64,000 bases of DNA from Roseibacillus sp. (GTDB lineage Bacteria; Verrucomicrobiota; Verrucomicrobiia; Verrucomicrobiales; Akkermansiaceae), in NCBI GenBank assembly GCA_965242925.1, contig CBDEUM010000038.1, positions 32,001-96,000 of the forward strand, read 5' to 3'. Under the pieces are notes generated by a model. The model was given only the letters and a program-made list of their open reading frames with translations, did no database searches and was not told the DNA's origin. Of the stretch, positions 1-11,338 are shown in pieces; position 1 is the first letter of the stretch; each line of letters starts with the position of its first letter. Made by a program: the position numbers and the translations under genes.

Positions 1-125
1 GCCTGGACGAGGACAACCATCTTGAGGCCGACCGCATGCTCGATACCCTCATGGGCGACGTGGTCGAGCCGCGCAAACGCTTTATCGAGGATAATGCACT
101 GAATGTCCGGAATCTGGACGTGTAG
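1..125 (+). CDS. gyrB: DNA gyrase subunit B, C-terminal end (partial)
   Basis: Frame from nt 3 reads LDEDNHLEADRMLDTLMGDVVEPRKRFIEDNALNVRNLDV*, a typical GyrB C-terminus directly upstream of gyrA; not in ORF track. Confidence 0.95.
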   Translation, partial: LDEDNHLEADRMLDTLMGDVVEPRKRFIEDNALNVRNLDV

Positions 126-149
126 AAGATCAGCAGGCAGTAGAATTTC

Positions 150-2753
150 ATGTCATCAGAAGACGATATTAAGCCGATCAACGTCGCCGACGAGCTCTCC
201 AAGTCCTTCTTGGACTACTCGATGTCGGTGATCGTTTCGCGTGCTCTGCCCGATGTCAGGGACGGTTTGAAGCCGTCCCAGCGTCGCATCCTTTATGCGA
301 TGAACGACTTGGCCCTGGCGCCCAATAAGGCCCACCGGAAATGCGCCAAGATCTGTGGCGACACTTCGGGTAACTACCACCCTCACGGGGAAGCGGTGAT
401 CTATCCCACTCTTGTCAACATGGCCCAGGACTGGTCCATGAGGGAGATCCTGGTGGATGGGCAGGGGAATTTCGGATCTCCCGAAGCTGATCCGCCAGCC
501 GCCATGCGGTATACCGAGGCGCGCCTGACGCATCTTGGGATGGCCATGATGACCGACCTTGATAAACGGACGGTCGACTTCGTTCCCAATTACGACGAAA
601 CAAGCACGGAACCGACGGTTTTTCCGGCGGCCTTTCCCAATCTCCTGGTCAACGGGGGGACCGGAATCGCGGTGGGGATGGCCACGAACCTACCGCCCCA
701 CAACCTGGGTGAGATCGTGGATGCCCTCTGTGCCCAGATCGACAATCCCGAGATCACGTTGCCCGAATTAATGCAGCATGTGAAGGGGCCCGACTTTCCG
801 GTGGCTTGCGAGATTCGCGGAGTGAAGGGAATTGAGAGCTACTTCGCGACCGGTCGCGGGTCGGTCAAGATGCGAGGCAAGATGGAGGTGGACGAAAAGG
901 AGAACGGCACCGCCATTATCACCATCACGGAAGTGCCCTATGGCGTGAACCGTGCCACCCTCCAGCAGCGGATCGCGGAGCTGGTGAACCAGAAGATCCT
1001 TACCGGGATCTCGGGGATGCGGGATCTTACCGACGAAAATACGCGTATTGAGATCACCCTGAAGCGAGACGCACGGCCTCAGGTTCTGGTCAACCAGATC
1101 TATAAGCTCACCGCGATGGAGACATCGTTCAGCGTGAACATGCTCGCCATTCACGAGCGTCGTCCGAAACTGCTTTCGTTGAAAGAGGCGCTCGATTGTT
1201 ACATCGAGCACCGGCGGGAGGTGGTGGTTCGCCGCACGCGCTACCTGCTTGAAAAAGCCGAAGACCGCGCGGAAATCCTGGAAGCTCTCCTTCTGGCCCT
1301 GGGTTGCCTGGACGATTTCATCAAGATGATCCGCAGCTCGAAAAGTCGCGACGAGGCGCGCGAAAAGGTGCGGGGCTATACGTTCAAGCGGGAGGCGGCC
1401 AAAAGTCTGGGCGTGCTCATTCGCGATCAGCCGAGTTTGCAGGGCGACGACTATGTGTTCACCGACCGGCAGGTGAATGCCATCCTCGAGCTACGCCTCT
1501 ATCAATTGGTGGCGCTTGAACGTGAAAAGATCAAGAATGACTACGACGGGGTCATCGAGGAGATCAAGGACCTCATGGATATCCTGGCCAAGGAGGCGCG
1601 GGTGCTTGGGATCATCAAGGACGAGCTCCTGGTGGTGAAGGAGAAGTTCGGGAATCCGCGCAAGTGCGAGATCCTTCCGGATGAAGGCGAGATCGCGATC
1701 GAGGATCTCATCGCCAATGAAGGCATGATCTGTACGCTCAGCCACCGTGGCTATGTGAAGCGGACGTCCGCCAGCGAATATCGCCTGCAGGGTCGTGGTG
1801 GAAAGGGAGTCAGGGGAATGGAGACGCGTGGTGCCAACGAGGATGACGATGACTTCGTGGAGCACCTCTTCAGCGCGCAGGCACACGATTACCTGATGTT
1901 CTTCACAAATACTGGACGGGTTTACGTGGAGCGGGTCTACGAGCTTCCGGAAGGTTCCCGGGCCTCCAAGGGCCGAAGCATCAAGAACGTACTGAACCTG
2001 CAGCCTGAGGAGTCGATTGCGGCCATGCTGCGTCTCGAACGTCGTCTCGACGAGGAAGGCGACGATGTCACTTTCGGCGAGGACGCGGGCTTTGTGCTTT
2101 TCGCCACCCGCACCGGCAAGGTGAAGAAAACTGGGCTCTACGACTTCCGCAACTTCCGCAAGGACGGGATCATTGCAATCAAGCTTGATGAGGGCAACGA
2201 ACTCATCGATGTGCGTCTCACTAACGGCAGCGATGAGATCGTGCTGGTGACGAGTAAAGGTCTCAGCCTGCGCTTCCTGGAGGAACAGGCGCGTCCCATG
2301 GGACGTACTGCTGCGGGAGTGGCCGGAATCAAGCCGGTGGGGAATGATGTGCTGGTGGGATTGGCACTGGTGAGTGACCAGAGTACTCTCCTGGTCGCCT
2401 CCGAGAATGGGATTGGCAAGCGGACTTCCTTTGGTGAATACCGGTCTCAGACACGAGGGGGAAAAGGCATCATCACCATGAAGGTGACCGGGAAAACCGG
2501 GCAGGTGGTGGGAGCAGTGGCCGTGGAGGAAGACGACGAGCTGATGCTCATGACTACAGGTGGGCAGAGCATCCGGATTCGTTGTTCGGAGGTGAGAGAG
2601 ACCGGGCGGAATGCACAGGGGGTCAAACTGGTTACCCTGCGTGGGAACGAGAAGCTGCAGGACATTGCGAAGGTGGTGGCCGGGGATGACGATGAGGAGG
2701 AGAGTGAAGACAGCGGGGAGGATGCTCCACCGGCTGTCGACCAGGAAGAATAG
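150..2753 (+). CDS. gyrA: DNA gyrase subunit A
   Basis: RALPDVRDGLKP, YHPHG, AAMRYTE active site, GyrA-box QGRGGKG, acidic tail. Confidence 0.97.
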   Translation: MSSEDDIKPINVADELSKSFLDYSMSVIVSRALPDVRDGLKPSQRRILYAMNDLALAPNKAHRKCAKICGDTSGNYHPHGEAVIYPTLVNMAQDWSMREILVDGQGNFGSPEADPPAAMRYTEARLTHLGMAMMTDLDKRTVDFVPNYDETSTEPTVFPAAFPNLLVNGGTGIAVGMATNLPPHNLGEIVDALCAQIDNPEITLPELMQHVKGPDFPVACEIRGVKGIESYFATGRGSVKMRGKMEVDEKENGTAIITITEVPYGVNRATLQQRIAELVNQKILTGISGMRDLTDENTRIEITLKRDARPQVLVNQIYKLTAMETSFSVNMLAIHERRPKLLSLKEALDCYIEHRREVVVRRTRYLLEKAEDRAEILEALLLALGCLDDFIKMIRSSKSRDEAREKVRGYTFKREAAKSLGVLIRDQPSLQGDDYVFTDRQVNAILELRLYQLVALEREKIKNDYDGVIEEIKDLMDILAKEARVLGIIKDELLVVKEKFGNPRKCEILPDEGEIAIEDLIANEGMICTLSHRGYVKRTSASEYRLQGRGGKGVRGMETRGANEDDDDFVEHLFSAQAHDYLMFFTNTGRVYVERVYELPEGSRASKGRSIKNVLNLQPEESIAAMLRLERRLDEEGDDVTFGEDAGFVLFATRTGKVKKTGLYDFRNFRKDGIIAIKLDEGNELIDVRLTNGSDEIVLVTSKGLSLRFLEEQARPMGRTAAGVAGIKPVGNDVLVGLALVSDQSTLLVASENGIGKRTSFGEYRSQTRGGKGIITMKVTGKTGQVVGAVAVEEDDELMLMTTGGQSIRIRCSEVRETGRNAQGVKLVTLRGNEKLQDIAKVVAGDDDEEESEDSGEDAPPAVDQEE

Positions 2754-2907
2754 AGATACTGCTTCCCCTGCGTTCGGGAGGGACAGGCCCTCCGGTTGTA
2801 AGATTTTGGCAATTGAAGGATTACGTGTTAGGGTGTCCCGGCATCGCGTTGAATTTGGCAGATTGCCATTATGGTGCTCCGGTGCTTCAATCCCGCGCTA
2901 CCAGCTC

Positions 2908-3708
2908 ATGAATACCCATCGTTTCGTTCCTGGATCCCTCGCCGCTGCAGTGGTCATTTCGTTCTTTGGCAGTCCCGTTCTGCAGGCCCAGGACGAGAGA
3001 AAGCGTGATCGAGCCCTTCGTATACTCGCCGTCGGGCAGGAGCCGCCCTGGCGAGAAGTGATCCAAGGGGGGCGTCGGGTGCAGGTTACCCCTCCCCTGG
3101 GCTCTCTTCCTCCGGGCCGTCTCCAACTCTCCAACGCCAGGGGAACCGAGTTGGGTGAAGCGATAGGACTGAGGCTCAATCAGATCTCGAGTGTGATATC
3201 GGTTAATTCGGGTACCCACCCGTTGCACGCGGTGGGGGCCGGGGGACTGGATCCGAAACCCTGGCATAAGATCAAGTTCCCCAACATGGCGGCCGGGTTG
3301 GCTATTCTATGGCGGGATCCCGCCAAAGGGAAATGGACCGATGGTTGCAAAGCCATGGTGCTGCGTGACGACCTCACCGGGTTTCCTGCGGGGCGAATTC
3401 GAATCGTCAACGTGTCGAAGTATTCACTTGGGTTGAAGTTCGGAACGGAGAAGGGGTTGCTCAAACCAGGCCAGGTCCTGTTGCGTGCAGGGAAATCGGG
3501 CGCTTTCAGCAAGGTGCCGTTGGAGCTCTCGGTGAAGGATAAGAGCGGACGCTGGGTGCGCGTCATTTCCCAGGAGATCAATCAGCGATCCGAGCAGCGG
3601 ACGCATGTGGTCCTTTATACCAATGATGGGGAGGCTCCTTCCCGCCCGGTTGGAGCGGTGGTCCTGCGGGAAACCGCCCGTAGCCCGGCGGTCAAGAAAC
3701 CGCGCTAG
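2908..3708 (+). CDS. Hypothetical exported protein
   Basis: ATG at 2908 followed by a signal-peptide-like segment (SLAAAVVISFFGSPVLQA); the longer ORF-track start overlaps gyrA. Confidence 0.7.
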   Translation: MNTHRFVPGSLAAAVVISFFGSPVLQAQDERKRDRALRILAVGQEPPWREVIQGGRRVQVTPPLGSLPPGRLQLSNARGTELGEAIGLRLNQISSVISVNSGTHPLHAVGAGGLDPKPWHKIKFPNMAAGLAILWRDPAKGKWTDGCKAMVLRDDLTGFPAGRIRIVNVSKYSLGLKFGTEKGLLKPGQVLLRAGKSGAFSKVPLELSVKDKSGRWVRVISQEINQRSEQRTHVVLYTNDGEAPSRPVGAVVLRETARSPAVKKPR

Positions 3709-3818
3709 GGTTCTCCACGCCCGAGGATAGCCCCGGATGGGCCGTGGCTGGCGCTCCAGGTGTAGACAAAACATAGGGGGAGATTCCCCGGATAACTGCA
3801 AATTTCACCGCGCCACTA

Positions 3819-3847
3819 TTGACGGCCCCGGCGCTGCTTGCTTAATT
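3819..3847 (+). promoter_or_regulatory. Putative sigma70-type promoter of gap-pgk-tpiA
   Basis: TTGACG-N17-TTAATT ending 37 nt upstream of the gap ATG. Confidence 0.5.
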
Positions 3848-3884
3848 GCCGCGCCTCAACTCAGGCCACAATTCCTCCACCGCT

Positions 3885-4889
3885 ATGTCTAAGTATGCAA
3901 TCAATGGGTTCGGCCGGATCGGCCGGATGGTCCTCCGTCGTCTGGCGGAGAAAGGGGAACTGGAAAAGGTCGTGGCGGTCAATGATCTGACCGACAACAA
4001 GACCCTTGTCCATCTCTTCAAGTACGACTCCAGCCAGGGCATTTTTGATGCCGAGGTGAGCCACGATGACGAGTCGATCACGATCAACGGCCACCGGATC
4101 AACGCTTCCGCCGAGCGTGATCCTGCTGCCCTGCCGTGGGCGGATCTGGGGGCGGAAGTGGTTCTTGAATCGACTGGTTTCTTTATCGATCGTGCCGGGG
4201 CCGGTAAACACATTGAAGCTGGCGCCAGGAAGGTCCTTATCTCCGCGCCCGCCAAGGATCCTGATCTCACGATGTGTCTGGGGATCAATGACGATCTCTA
4301 CAATGCGGACGAGCATCATATCGTCTCCAACGCCTCCTGCACCACCAACTGCCTGGCGCCGATGGTCAAGGTTCTCCACGACAACTGGGGAATCGAGCGC
4401 GGTTTCATGAGCACCATTCACAGTTACACCGGGGATCAGAACCTCCTCGATGGACCGCACAGTGATCTTCGTCGTGCCCGTTCGGCGGCCGTCAGTATCG
4501 TGCCGTCTTCGACCGGAGCCGCCCGGGCCATCGGGTTGGTCATCCCCGAGTTGCAGGGCAAGCTCAATGGCGGAGCCTTCCGGGTGCCGACGCCCACCGG
4601 ATCGCTCACCGATTTAGTGGCGGAACTCAAAGATGGAGTGTCCGTGACCGCCGAGGAAGTGAACGCCGCCTTCAAGGCCGCAGCCGACGGAGCGATGAAG
4701 GGAGTGCTGGAATATAGCGAGGAGCCTCTGGTGCTCGCCGATGTTGTGGGTAATTATCACAGCTCGATCTTTGACTCCGGGTTGACCACCATTCTGGAGG
4801 GGAACCTGGTCAAGATCTGTTCCTGGTATGATAACGAGTGGGGTTACTCCTGCCGGGCGGCTGATGCCATGGGCCTGCTGGCTGGATAA
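3885..4889 (+). CDS. gap: Type I glyceraldehyde-3-phosphate dehydrogenase
   Basis: AINGFGRIGR, SNASCTTNCLAP, WYDNEWGYS. Confidence 0.97.
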   Translation: MSKYAINGFGRIGRMVLRRLAEKGELEKVVAVNDLTDNKTLVHLFKYDSSQGIFDAEVSHDDESITINGHRINASAERDPAALPWADLGAEVVLESTGFFIDRAGAGKHIEAGARKVLISAPAKDPDLTMCLGINDDLYNADEHHIVSNASCTTNCLAPMVKVLHDNWGIERGFMSTIHSYTGDQNLLDGPHSDLRRARSAAVSIVPSSTGAARAIGLVIPELQGKLNGGAFRVPTPTGSLTDLVAELKDGVSVTAEEVNAAFKAAADGAMKGVLEYSEEPLVLADVVGNYHSSIFDSGLTTILEGNLVKICSWYDNEWGYSCRAADAMGLLAG

Positions 4890-4915
4890 CCGGCGGACAG
4901 TGCGTCGTTCATTCC

Positions 4916-6112
4916 ATGCCCAAGCTCAGTATTCGCGATCTCAGGGTCGAGGACCGGGAGGTCCTGATGCGGGTTGATTTCAATGTCCCATTGCAGGACG
5001 GAGAGATCACCGACGATACGCGCATTCAGGCGGCCCTGCCCTCGATCAAGCACCTCCTCTCAGGCGGAGCTAGACTTGTGCTCTGCTCCCATCTGGGGCG
5101 TCCGAAGGGTGAGCCGGATGCCCGGTTTTCCCTGAAGCCTGTGGCTGTAAGGCTTGGGGAGTTGCTCGGCCAGGATGTCTTTTTCGGCGATGACTGCATT
5201 GGGGCGGACGTGGCGACCAAGCGGGCCACTTTGGGTAACGGGGAGGTGATCCTCCTGGAGAACACCCGGTTTCACGCCGGAGAGAAGGCAAATGCCCCGG
5301 AGTTCGCCAATGCGCTGGCCGGTCATGCGACGGTCTTTGTGAACGATGCTTTTGGGACTGCCCACCGGGCCCATGGATCGACCGAGGGGGTCACCCACCA
5401 CGTGGAAAAGAGCGCGATGGGATTCCTCATTGAGCGCGAACTCAAGTTCCTCTGCGATAAACTGGAGAGCCCTGAGCGGCCGTTCGTGGTAATTCTGGGA
5501 GGGGCCAAGGTGAGCGACAAGATCGAGGTTATTAGCGCTCTCCTGGAGAAAGCGGATGCTCTCATCATCGGGGGCGCGATGGCCAATACCTTTCTGCACG
5601 CCCAGGGCCACAGGATGGGCAACAGTCTCCTCGAACCCGACAAGTCGGAACTGGCTCTCGATATTCTGGCCAAGGCAGAGGTTAAGGGAGTGAGAATTCT
5701 TCTCCCGGCGGACACCCGCGCGACCCGGGAGTTCAAGGAAGGGGCGGAGACGAAGGTGACTGCGCCATACGCCGAGGGTGGTGAGGTAGGGGATGACTGG
5801 GAGGGAATCGATATTGGTGATCTTGCTATCGAGGAGTTTTGCGCCGAAATTGCTGCTGCCGGAACGATCGTCTGGAATGGACCAATGGGGGTATTCGAGC
5901 TGAACTCATTCGAGAAAGGGACGAAGGAGGTGGCCCGGGCGGTGGCCGATTCGGGAGCCCTGACCATTGTGGGAGGGGGAGACTCCGTGACCGCAGTAAA
6001 GAAATACAATCTGGGCGACAGCATGTCGTTCATCTCGACGGGCGGCGGGGCCTCCCTCGAACTGCTTGAAGGAAAGGAATTGCCTGGTGTGGCGGCCCTG
6101 ACCGATATCTAA
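4916..6112 (+). CDS. pgk: Phosphoglycerate kinase
   Basis: RVDFNVP, SHLGRPKG, NDAFGTAHRAH, STGGGASLE. Confidence 0.97.
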   Translation: MPKLSIRDLRVEDREVLMRVDFNVPLQDGEITDDTRIQAALPSIKHLLSGGARLVLCSHLGRPKGEPDARFSLKPVAVRLGELLGQDVFFGDDCIGADVATKRATLGNGEVILLENTRFHAGEKANAPEFANALAGHATVFVNDAFGTAHRAHGSTEGVTHHVEKSAMGFLIERELKFLCDKLESPERPFVVILGGAKVSDKIEVISALLEKADALIIGGAMANTFLHAQGHRMGNSLLEPDKSELALDILAKAEVKGVRILLPADTRATREFKEGAETKVTAPYAEGGEVGDDWEGIDIGDLAIEEFCAEIAAAGTIVWNGPMGVFELNSFEKGTKEVARAVADSGALTIVGGGDSVTAVKKYNLGDSMSFISTGGGASLELLEGKELPGVAALTDI

Positions 6113-6125
6113 CAATGAAACCATC

Positions 6126-6890
6126 ATGGAACGGAAACTGATTATTGCGGCGAACTGGAAGATGAACAAGGGACCCGCCGAGACGGTGGAGTTCATCGAA
6201 GCCTTTCTTCCCGGAGCGGAGCAACTCTCTGAAAAATGCGACATCGTGATCGCTCCTCCCTATATCTCCATCCCGGCTGCCGCCGCCCTGCTGGCAGATT
6301 CGGGTGTGTCCCTTTCCTCCCAGAATGTTTCGGACCAGGATGCGGGAGCCTTCACCGGGGAAGTGTCTACCTGCATGCTCAATGAAGTGGGTGCTGGCTA
6401 CGTGATCCTGGGCCACAGTGAACGGCGCTCGATCTATGGAGAGGCGGATCAGTTTATCAACGCCAAGGTTCGGAAGGCTCTTGCTGCCGGCATTCGTCCT
6501 ATTTTCTGCATCGGTGAGACCCTGGAGGAACGCGAAAGCGGTAAACTGGAGGAGGTGTTGCGCACCCAGGTGAGTGGCGGGCTGGCCGATCTTACGGTGG
6601 AGCATATGGCGGATGTGGTGGTGGCCTACGAACCGGTCTGGGCCATCGGAACTGGTGTGACAGCCACCCCTGGTCAGGCGCAGGAAGCTCACGCCTTTGC
6701 TCGAACGCTCATCCAGGAACAATTTGGAGAGGAAGTGGCGAAGGCCACTCGCATTCAGTATGGCGGGAGCGTCAAACCTGGCAATTCTGCCGAATTGATG
6801 GCCCAGCGGGACATTGATGGAGCCTTGGTGGGCGGGGCGAGTCTGGAAGCCGCAAGTTTCCGTGATTTGATTGCGAACGCTGTAGCGTAG
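6126..6890 (+). CDS. tpiA: Triosephosphate isomerase
   Basis: ANWKMN, GHSERR, AYEPVWAIGTG, YGGSVKP. Confidence 0.97.
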   Translation: MERKLIIAANWKMNKGPAETVEFIEAFLPGAEQLSEKCDIVIAPPYISIPAAAALLADSGVSLSSQNVSDQDAGAFTGEVSTCMLNEVGAGYVILGHSERRSIYGEADQFINAKVRKALAAGIRPIFCIGETLEERESGKLEEVLRTQVSGGLADLTVEHMADVVVAYEPVWAIGTGVTATPGQAQEAHAFARTLIQEQFGEEVAKATRIQYGGSVKPGNSAELMAQRDIDGALVGGASLEAASFRDLIANAVA

Positions 6891-6913
6891 GCGCGGGAAC
6901 TGCCTGTTTTGTC

Positions 6914-7912
6914 ATGAATCTAGCCGTCTTCGGAACTCCCGATGGCGGATTGCTGGTAGGGGAGGGCCCCTTTGAAGCTCTTGCCGGGCCGCCGGAAAAT
7001 GGCGTGGCCTTTTATCGGAACGACTTTGCGCTGTCCTCTCGGGCACCTTGGTTCGTTCCATGCAAGGTGGAGCAGTTTGAGAGGGGGGCTTTTCCGGATC
7101 ACCTGAGCAGCGATCTTCCGGAAATCGAGTGGGAGGATCCGGAGGTTGATCCGTTTGCTGAAATCTTTACCGAGGTCTCAGATTCCATTCGAAGCGGATC
7201 GATCGAGAAATCGGTTCCCGTGGTGACAGCGAGAGGACGCCTTGCGAAAGGAACCTGCGAGGGGTTGTGCCAGATCCTTGCCGCCGGGGCGGATCCACTC
7301 CGACCCTATGGCTGGATCGATGGAAAGGAAGGGGTGGTGGGCCTGAGTCCAGAGCTGCTCTTTCAGCTGGATGCTGGGACTCTTCATACCATGGCGCTGG
7401 CGGGAACCGCGCGCTTGGAAGAGCGTGAGGCTTTCGGGGTGGACGAGAAGGAAATCCGGGAACACGAGTTCGTGGCCCAGACCCTCTTGTCCAAGCTCTC
7501 CGATCTGGGTGCAACGACGCGGCATCCCCGGGAAATAATGGACCTTGGCCGGCTCGTGCACTTTCACAGCGGAATCGACGTCGAGCTGACCGAACATGAG
7601 TCGATTGACCGTCTGGTGCGGATTCTCCATCCCACACCCGCCCTGGGCCCGCTTCCTCGCACCGTGGAAACCCTGTCGCAGTTGATTGGCTGGCGACAAC
7701 GGCTCGGATGCCCGCTCTGGTTTGGCTCTCCCTTTGGCCTCTGGCGCGAAGGGGCCTTTGAGGCTTTGGTGGCCATCCGCATGATTTCCTGGCGGGGGAA
7801 GGAGGTGCAAGTGCCCTCGGGTTGCGGAGTGATCGAGGAGAGCCGCCTCGTCAACGAATGGCGGGAACTGCGTTTGAAGCGGGAATCCGTCCGCACCGCT
7901 TTCGGGGTTTGA
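6914..7912 (+). CDS. menF: Chorismate-binding enzyme, probable isochorismate synthase
   Basis: SPELLF, ALAGT, EKEIREH, LHPTPALG motifs; first gene of the men cluster. Confidence 0.8.
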   Translation: MNLAVFGTPDGGLLVGEGPFEALAGPPENGVAFYRNDFALSSRAPWFVPCKVEQFERGAFPDHLSSDLPEIEWEDPEVDPFAEIFTEVSDSIRSGSIEKSVPVVTARGRLAKGTCEGLCQILAAGADPLRPYGWIDGKEGVVGLSPELLFQLDAGTLHTMALAGTARLEEREAFGVDEKEIREHEFVAQTLLSKLSDLGATTRHPREIMDLGRLVHFHSGIDVELTEHESIDRLVRILHPTPALGPLPRTVETLSQLIGWRQRLGCPLWFGSPFGLWREGAFEALVAIRMISWRGKEVQVPSGCGVIEESRLVNEWRELRLKRESVRTAFGV

Positions 7913-8191
7913 GGGGCGGGAGAGGTGCTTGTGAAATCTTTGATGAGGATCGTATCAAGTCGTTAACTGTTGACTCTAGGCCGGTTGTGATTTTCCAGGG
8001 GGTCTTTCTGCGGGGCCTGTTTCTTGGCCTTGTGAATAAGTTGCGAAAGGATTGCATCGGTAGTCGGGAAACCATGACAGGTGCGGGGAGGAGCGAGCCA
8101 GATAGCTCCGTTAACAACTTGGAGGTCTCCTGGCCAGACAGCCCAATCGCAGGCTTGCAGGGGATTCGTAAAGCCTTCTAGTTTTAGCTCA

Positions 8192-9751
8192 ATGAGCGGA
8201 GGGGCTGCCCAGGCGCTGGAAGCGTGTCTTGTGCGCGGGGTGCGTGAATTCGTGGTCTGTGCAGGGGCCCGGAATGTGCCCCTTGTACTGGGCGCAGCGC
8301 GTTGCAGAGGAGCGAAGGTATGGACCCATTTCGAAGAGCGAGGTGCGGCCTTTTTTGCTTTGGGACGTGTCCGTGACTCGTCGCTTCCGGTGGCGGTGGT
8401 TACCACAAGTGGAACGGCCGCAGCCGAACTGTTGCCAGCCGTGATCGAAGCGCACTACCAGGAACGGCCGCTGATTGTAATCACCGGGGACCGACCCGAA
8501 AGCTATCGCGGGAGCGGAGCTCCGCAAGCGATCGAACAGGCGGGGCTCTTTGGGGCCTATGTGGAAGGTTGTGACGATCTCAATGGAAGAGGAGAGCCTG
8601 CCCTTTTCGGGAACTGGAGTGGTTTGCGTCCATGGCATATTAATGTGTGCCTGGAGGAGAATGAAGAGGTGCCGACGGTGAAGTTGCCGGAGCACGATTT
8701 CGAACCGGTGCGGCGTCCGCGCCCTCCGGTGACGGAGCTGATCGGATTTCTGAAGGAGGACTTCCGTGGCGTGGTAGTCTTCCTGGGGGGGCTCGAACCG
8801 GAAGAGCGCGAGGAGACGTATTATTTCCTGCAGCAACTCGGTGTCCCGGTAGTAGCCGATGCCACCAGTGGTTTGCGCGAGGCCCTTGGTAAGCTGGTGC
8901 TGACAGATGGCGATCGTCTTCTGAGCCAACAGCCTCCAGGCAAGATTCTGCGCCTGGGAGATATTCCAGTGGGTCGATTCTGGCGCGACCTGGAGAGCCG
9001 GCCTGAAATCGAGGTGCTCTCCGTCACACGGACAGGATTTTCGGGACTTGCGAGAGAATCAGGGGTGATCACTGGCAATGTGCATGAAGTGCTCAAGGGA
9101 ATGGGCGGGGCACCGTCGATCGGAGATGTGCTCGACCTGTTTCCCGCCTCCTCCGGTTGTCGTGGTCGTCTGGAGGAATTTCTGGAGCGTTATCCCGACA
9201 GTGAACCCGGCCTCGTGCGAGTTCTCTCGACCTATGCCGCCACCGGCGAAAGTGTCTTCCTTGGTAACAGCCTGCCTGTTCGTGAGTGGAATCTCTTTGC
9301 GCAAATGAATGTACCGGTGGGAGAGGTGCAGGCCAGCCGTGGAGCGAATGGAATCGACGGCCAATTGTCGACCTGGCTCGGTTCTACGATGGGACAGGAT
9401 CAGGCCTGGGGCATATTCGGTGATCTCACGGCGCTTTATGACCTGGCGGCACCGGCCCTGCTTTCGCAGGATGATGGAAAGGGAAGAGTGCTGGTGGTGA
9501 TCAATAACAACGGAGGGCGGATCTTCGAGCGGTTACCTCGTCTGCAGGGATTGGCAGAAGAAGAACGTGCCCTCATGGCGAATGCGCACGAGCAGCGGTT
9601 CGAATCGTGGGCTGAAATGTGGGGAATGGATCACCAGATCGTCACGGAGAGAGAAAGTTTCGAAGTGAAATCTCAAGAGAGGCCGTTGGTGCTGGAGCTG
9701 CGTCCGGACGAAGAACAAACCACAGCATTCTGGGAGAACTGGGAAGCGTGA
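8192..9751 (+). CDS. menD: SEPHCHC synthase (ThDP-dependent)
   Basis: EERGAAFFALG, TTSGTAAAEL, RGANGIDG, GDL...NNNGG ThDP motif. Confidence 0.93.
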   Translation: MSGGAAQALEACLVRGVREFVVCAGARNVPLVLGAARCRGAKVWTHFEERGAAFFALGRVRDSSLPVAVVTTSGTAAAELLPAVIEAHYQERPLIVITGDRPESYRGSGAPQAIEQAGLFGAYVEGCDDLNGRGEPALFGNWSGLRPWHINVCLEENEEVPTVKLPEHDFEPVRRPRPPVTELIGFLKEDFRGVVVFLGGLEPEEREETYYFLQQLGVPVVADATSGLREALGKLVLTDGDRLLSQQPPGKILRLGDIPVGRFWRDLESRPEIEVLSVTRTGFSGLARESGVITGNVHEVLKGMGGAPSIGDVLDLFPASSGCRGRLEEFLERYPDSEPGLVRVLSTYAATGESVFLGNSLPVREWNLFAQMNVPVGEVQASRGANGIDGQLSTWLGSTMGQDQAWGIFGDLTALYDLAAPALLSQDDGKGRVLVVINNNGGRIFERLPRLQGLAEEERALMANAHEQRFESWAEMWGMDHQIVTERESFEVKSQERPLVLELRPDEEQTTAFWENWEA

Positions 9752-10503
9752 ACCTCTGGTGTCTACATGGGGCAGTGGGAATGGCTGCCGATTGGGATCA
9801 CCTTGCCGAACGGATGGCAGTATCTGGACATGAGGTGAAGGCCCTTGATCTGTGGAGTTATCTGGAAGGCGGGGAGTGCAGCTTCCAGGAATTCGGACGG
9901 AAAATCTGTGAGGAGGCCCGGCGGGAAGAGCATCCGCCGTTACTGGTTGGTTACTCCATGGGCGGACGACTCGCGTTGCACGCCCTGCTTGAAGACAGCG
10001 AAGCCTGGAGCGGGGCGATGATCGTTTCTGCTCATCCTGGGCTGCAGGATGAGGGGGAACGGCTCCTCAGGATGGCGACTGACGCGGAGTGGGCGGGGAA
10101 GGCCCTGACCGCTCCCTGGGGGGAGTTTCTCGAGCAGTGGGAGTCTCAGTTCGTCCTGCAGGGAAAGTGCATGGTATCTCCGGCGGATCGGCGTCATCTG
10201 GAGAGCAGGAGGGAAGCGGTGGCACGGGGATTTACTTCATGGACGCTGGGGAAACAGGCTGACCTGAGATCCTTCCTGCAGGAGGTGGCACAGCCCGTGG
10301 TCTGGGTGAGTGGTGTCCGGGACCACAAATTCACCGTTCTAGCGGAGGAACTCTGGGCGGGCATGCCGAATGCCTTTCACCTTGGCCCCGTGGAGGCAGG
10401 GCATCGCGTCCCCTGGGAGGCCCCGGATGATTTTACAAACTGTGTCGAGCACTTGCTGGACATCGCCAATCGATGGTTGCAGAGCGCCGGGGCGGGGGCA
10501 TGA
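9748..10503 (+). CDS. menH: SHCHC synthase, alpha/beta hydrolase
   Basis: LHG, GYSMGGR, D..F and AGH motifs; GTGA overlap with menD. Confidence 0.85.
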   Translation: MNLWCLHGAVGMAADWDHLAERMAVSGHEVKALDLWSYLEGGECSFQEFGRKICEEARREEHPPLLVGYSMGGRLALHALLEDSEAWSGAMIVSAHPGLQDEGERLLRMATDAEWAGKALTAPWGEFLEQWESQFVLQGKCMVSPADRRHLESRREAVARGFTSWTLGKQADLRSFLQEVAQPVVWVSGVRDHKFTVLAEELWAGMPNAFHLGPVEAGHRVPWEAPDDFTNCVEHLLDIANRWLQSAGAGA

Positions 10504-10510
10504 TCCCGGC

Positions 10511-11329
10511 GTGAACTGGATTCCCGCAGCTGAATTTGAAGATATTCGCTATGAAAAGGGCGAAGACGGACAGATCGCCAAGGTGACCATCAACCGTCCC
10601 GAGGTGCGCAACGCCTTTCGGCCGCTGACCGTGAAGGAGCTTCTGCATGCTTTCGAACTTGCTCATGAAGATGAGGAAGTGGGAGTGGTGATCCTTTGCG
10701 GCGAAGGAGAGAAGGCCTTCTGTTCGGGAGGCGATCAGAAAGTGCGCGGCGAAGGAGGATATGTGGGAGGGGACGGTGTTCCCCGGCTCAACATATTGGA
10801 CTTGCAGAAGAAGATCCGGAGCCTGCCAAAACCGGTGGTGGCCATGGTCGCCGGCTACGCAATAGGAGGCGGGCACGTTCTGCATGTGGTGTGTGATCTG
10901 ACGATCGCGGCGGATAATGCGTGCTTCGGGCAGACCGGTCCCAGGGTGGGGAGTTTCGACGGTGGGCTCGGATCGAGCTATCTCGCGCGTATTGTGGGAC
11001 AGAAGAAGGCGCGTGAAATCTGGTTCCTGTGTCGCCAGTATGATGCCGCCCAAGCCCTTGAAATGGGGCTCGTGAACGAGGTTGTGGCACTTGCGGAACT
11101 GGAGGAGACCACTGTGCAATGCTGCCGCGAAATCCTGCAGCACTCGCCTCTGGCACTGCGCTGCCTCAAGGCGGCTCTCAACGCGGATTGCGACGGCCAG
11201 ATGGGACTGCTCGATTTTGCCGGCAACGCCACTCTGCTCTATTACCTCACCGAGGAAGCGCAGGAAGGAAAGGAGGCCTTCCTGGAGAAGCGTCCCCCGG
11301 ATTTCAGAAAGTTCCCCCGTTTTCCATAA
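10511..11329 (+). CDS. menB: 1,4-dihydroxy-2-naphthoyl-CoA synthase
   Basis: [30 protein letters not shown]. Confidence 0.96.
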   Translation: MNWIPAAEFEDIRYEKGEDGQIAKVTINRPEVRNAFRPLTVKELLHAFELAHEDEEVGVVILCGEGEKAFCSGGDQKVRGEGGYVGGDGVPRLNILDLQKKIRSLPKPVVAMVAGYAIGGGHVLHVVCDLTIAADNACFGQTGPRVGSFDGGLGSSYLARIVGQKKAREIWFLCRQYDAAQALEMGLVNEVVALAELEETTVQCCREILQHSPLALRCLKAALNADCDGQMGLLDFAGNATLLYYLTEEAQEGKEAFLEKRPPDFRKFPRFP

Positions 11330-11338
11330 CTGGAAGAG

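Noticed and set aside
7913..8191. 279-bp gap between menF and menD as a riboswitch or sRNA
   Set aside because: No recognisable RNA motif or convincing ORF by eye; an Rfam scan would be needed.
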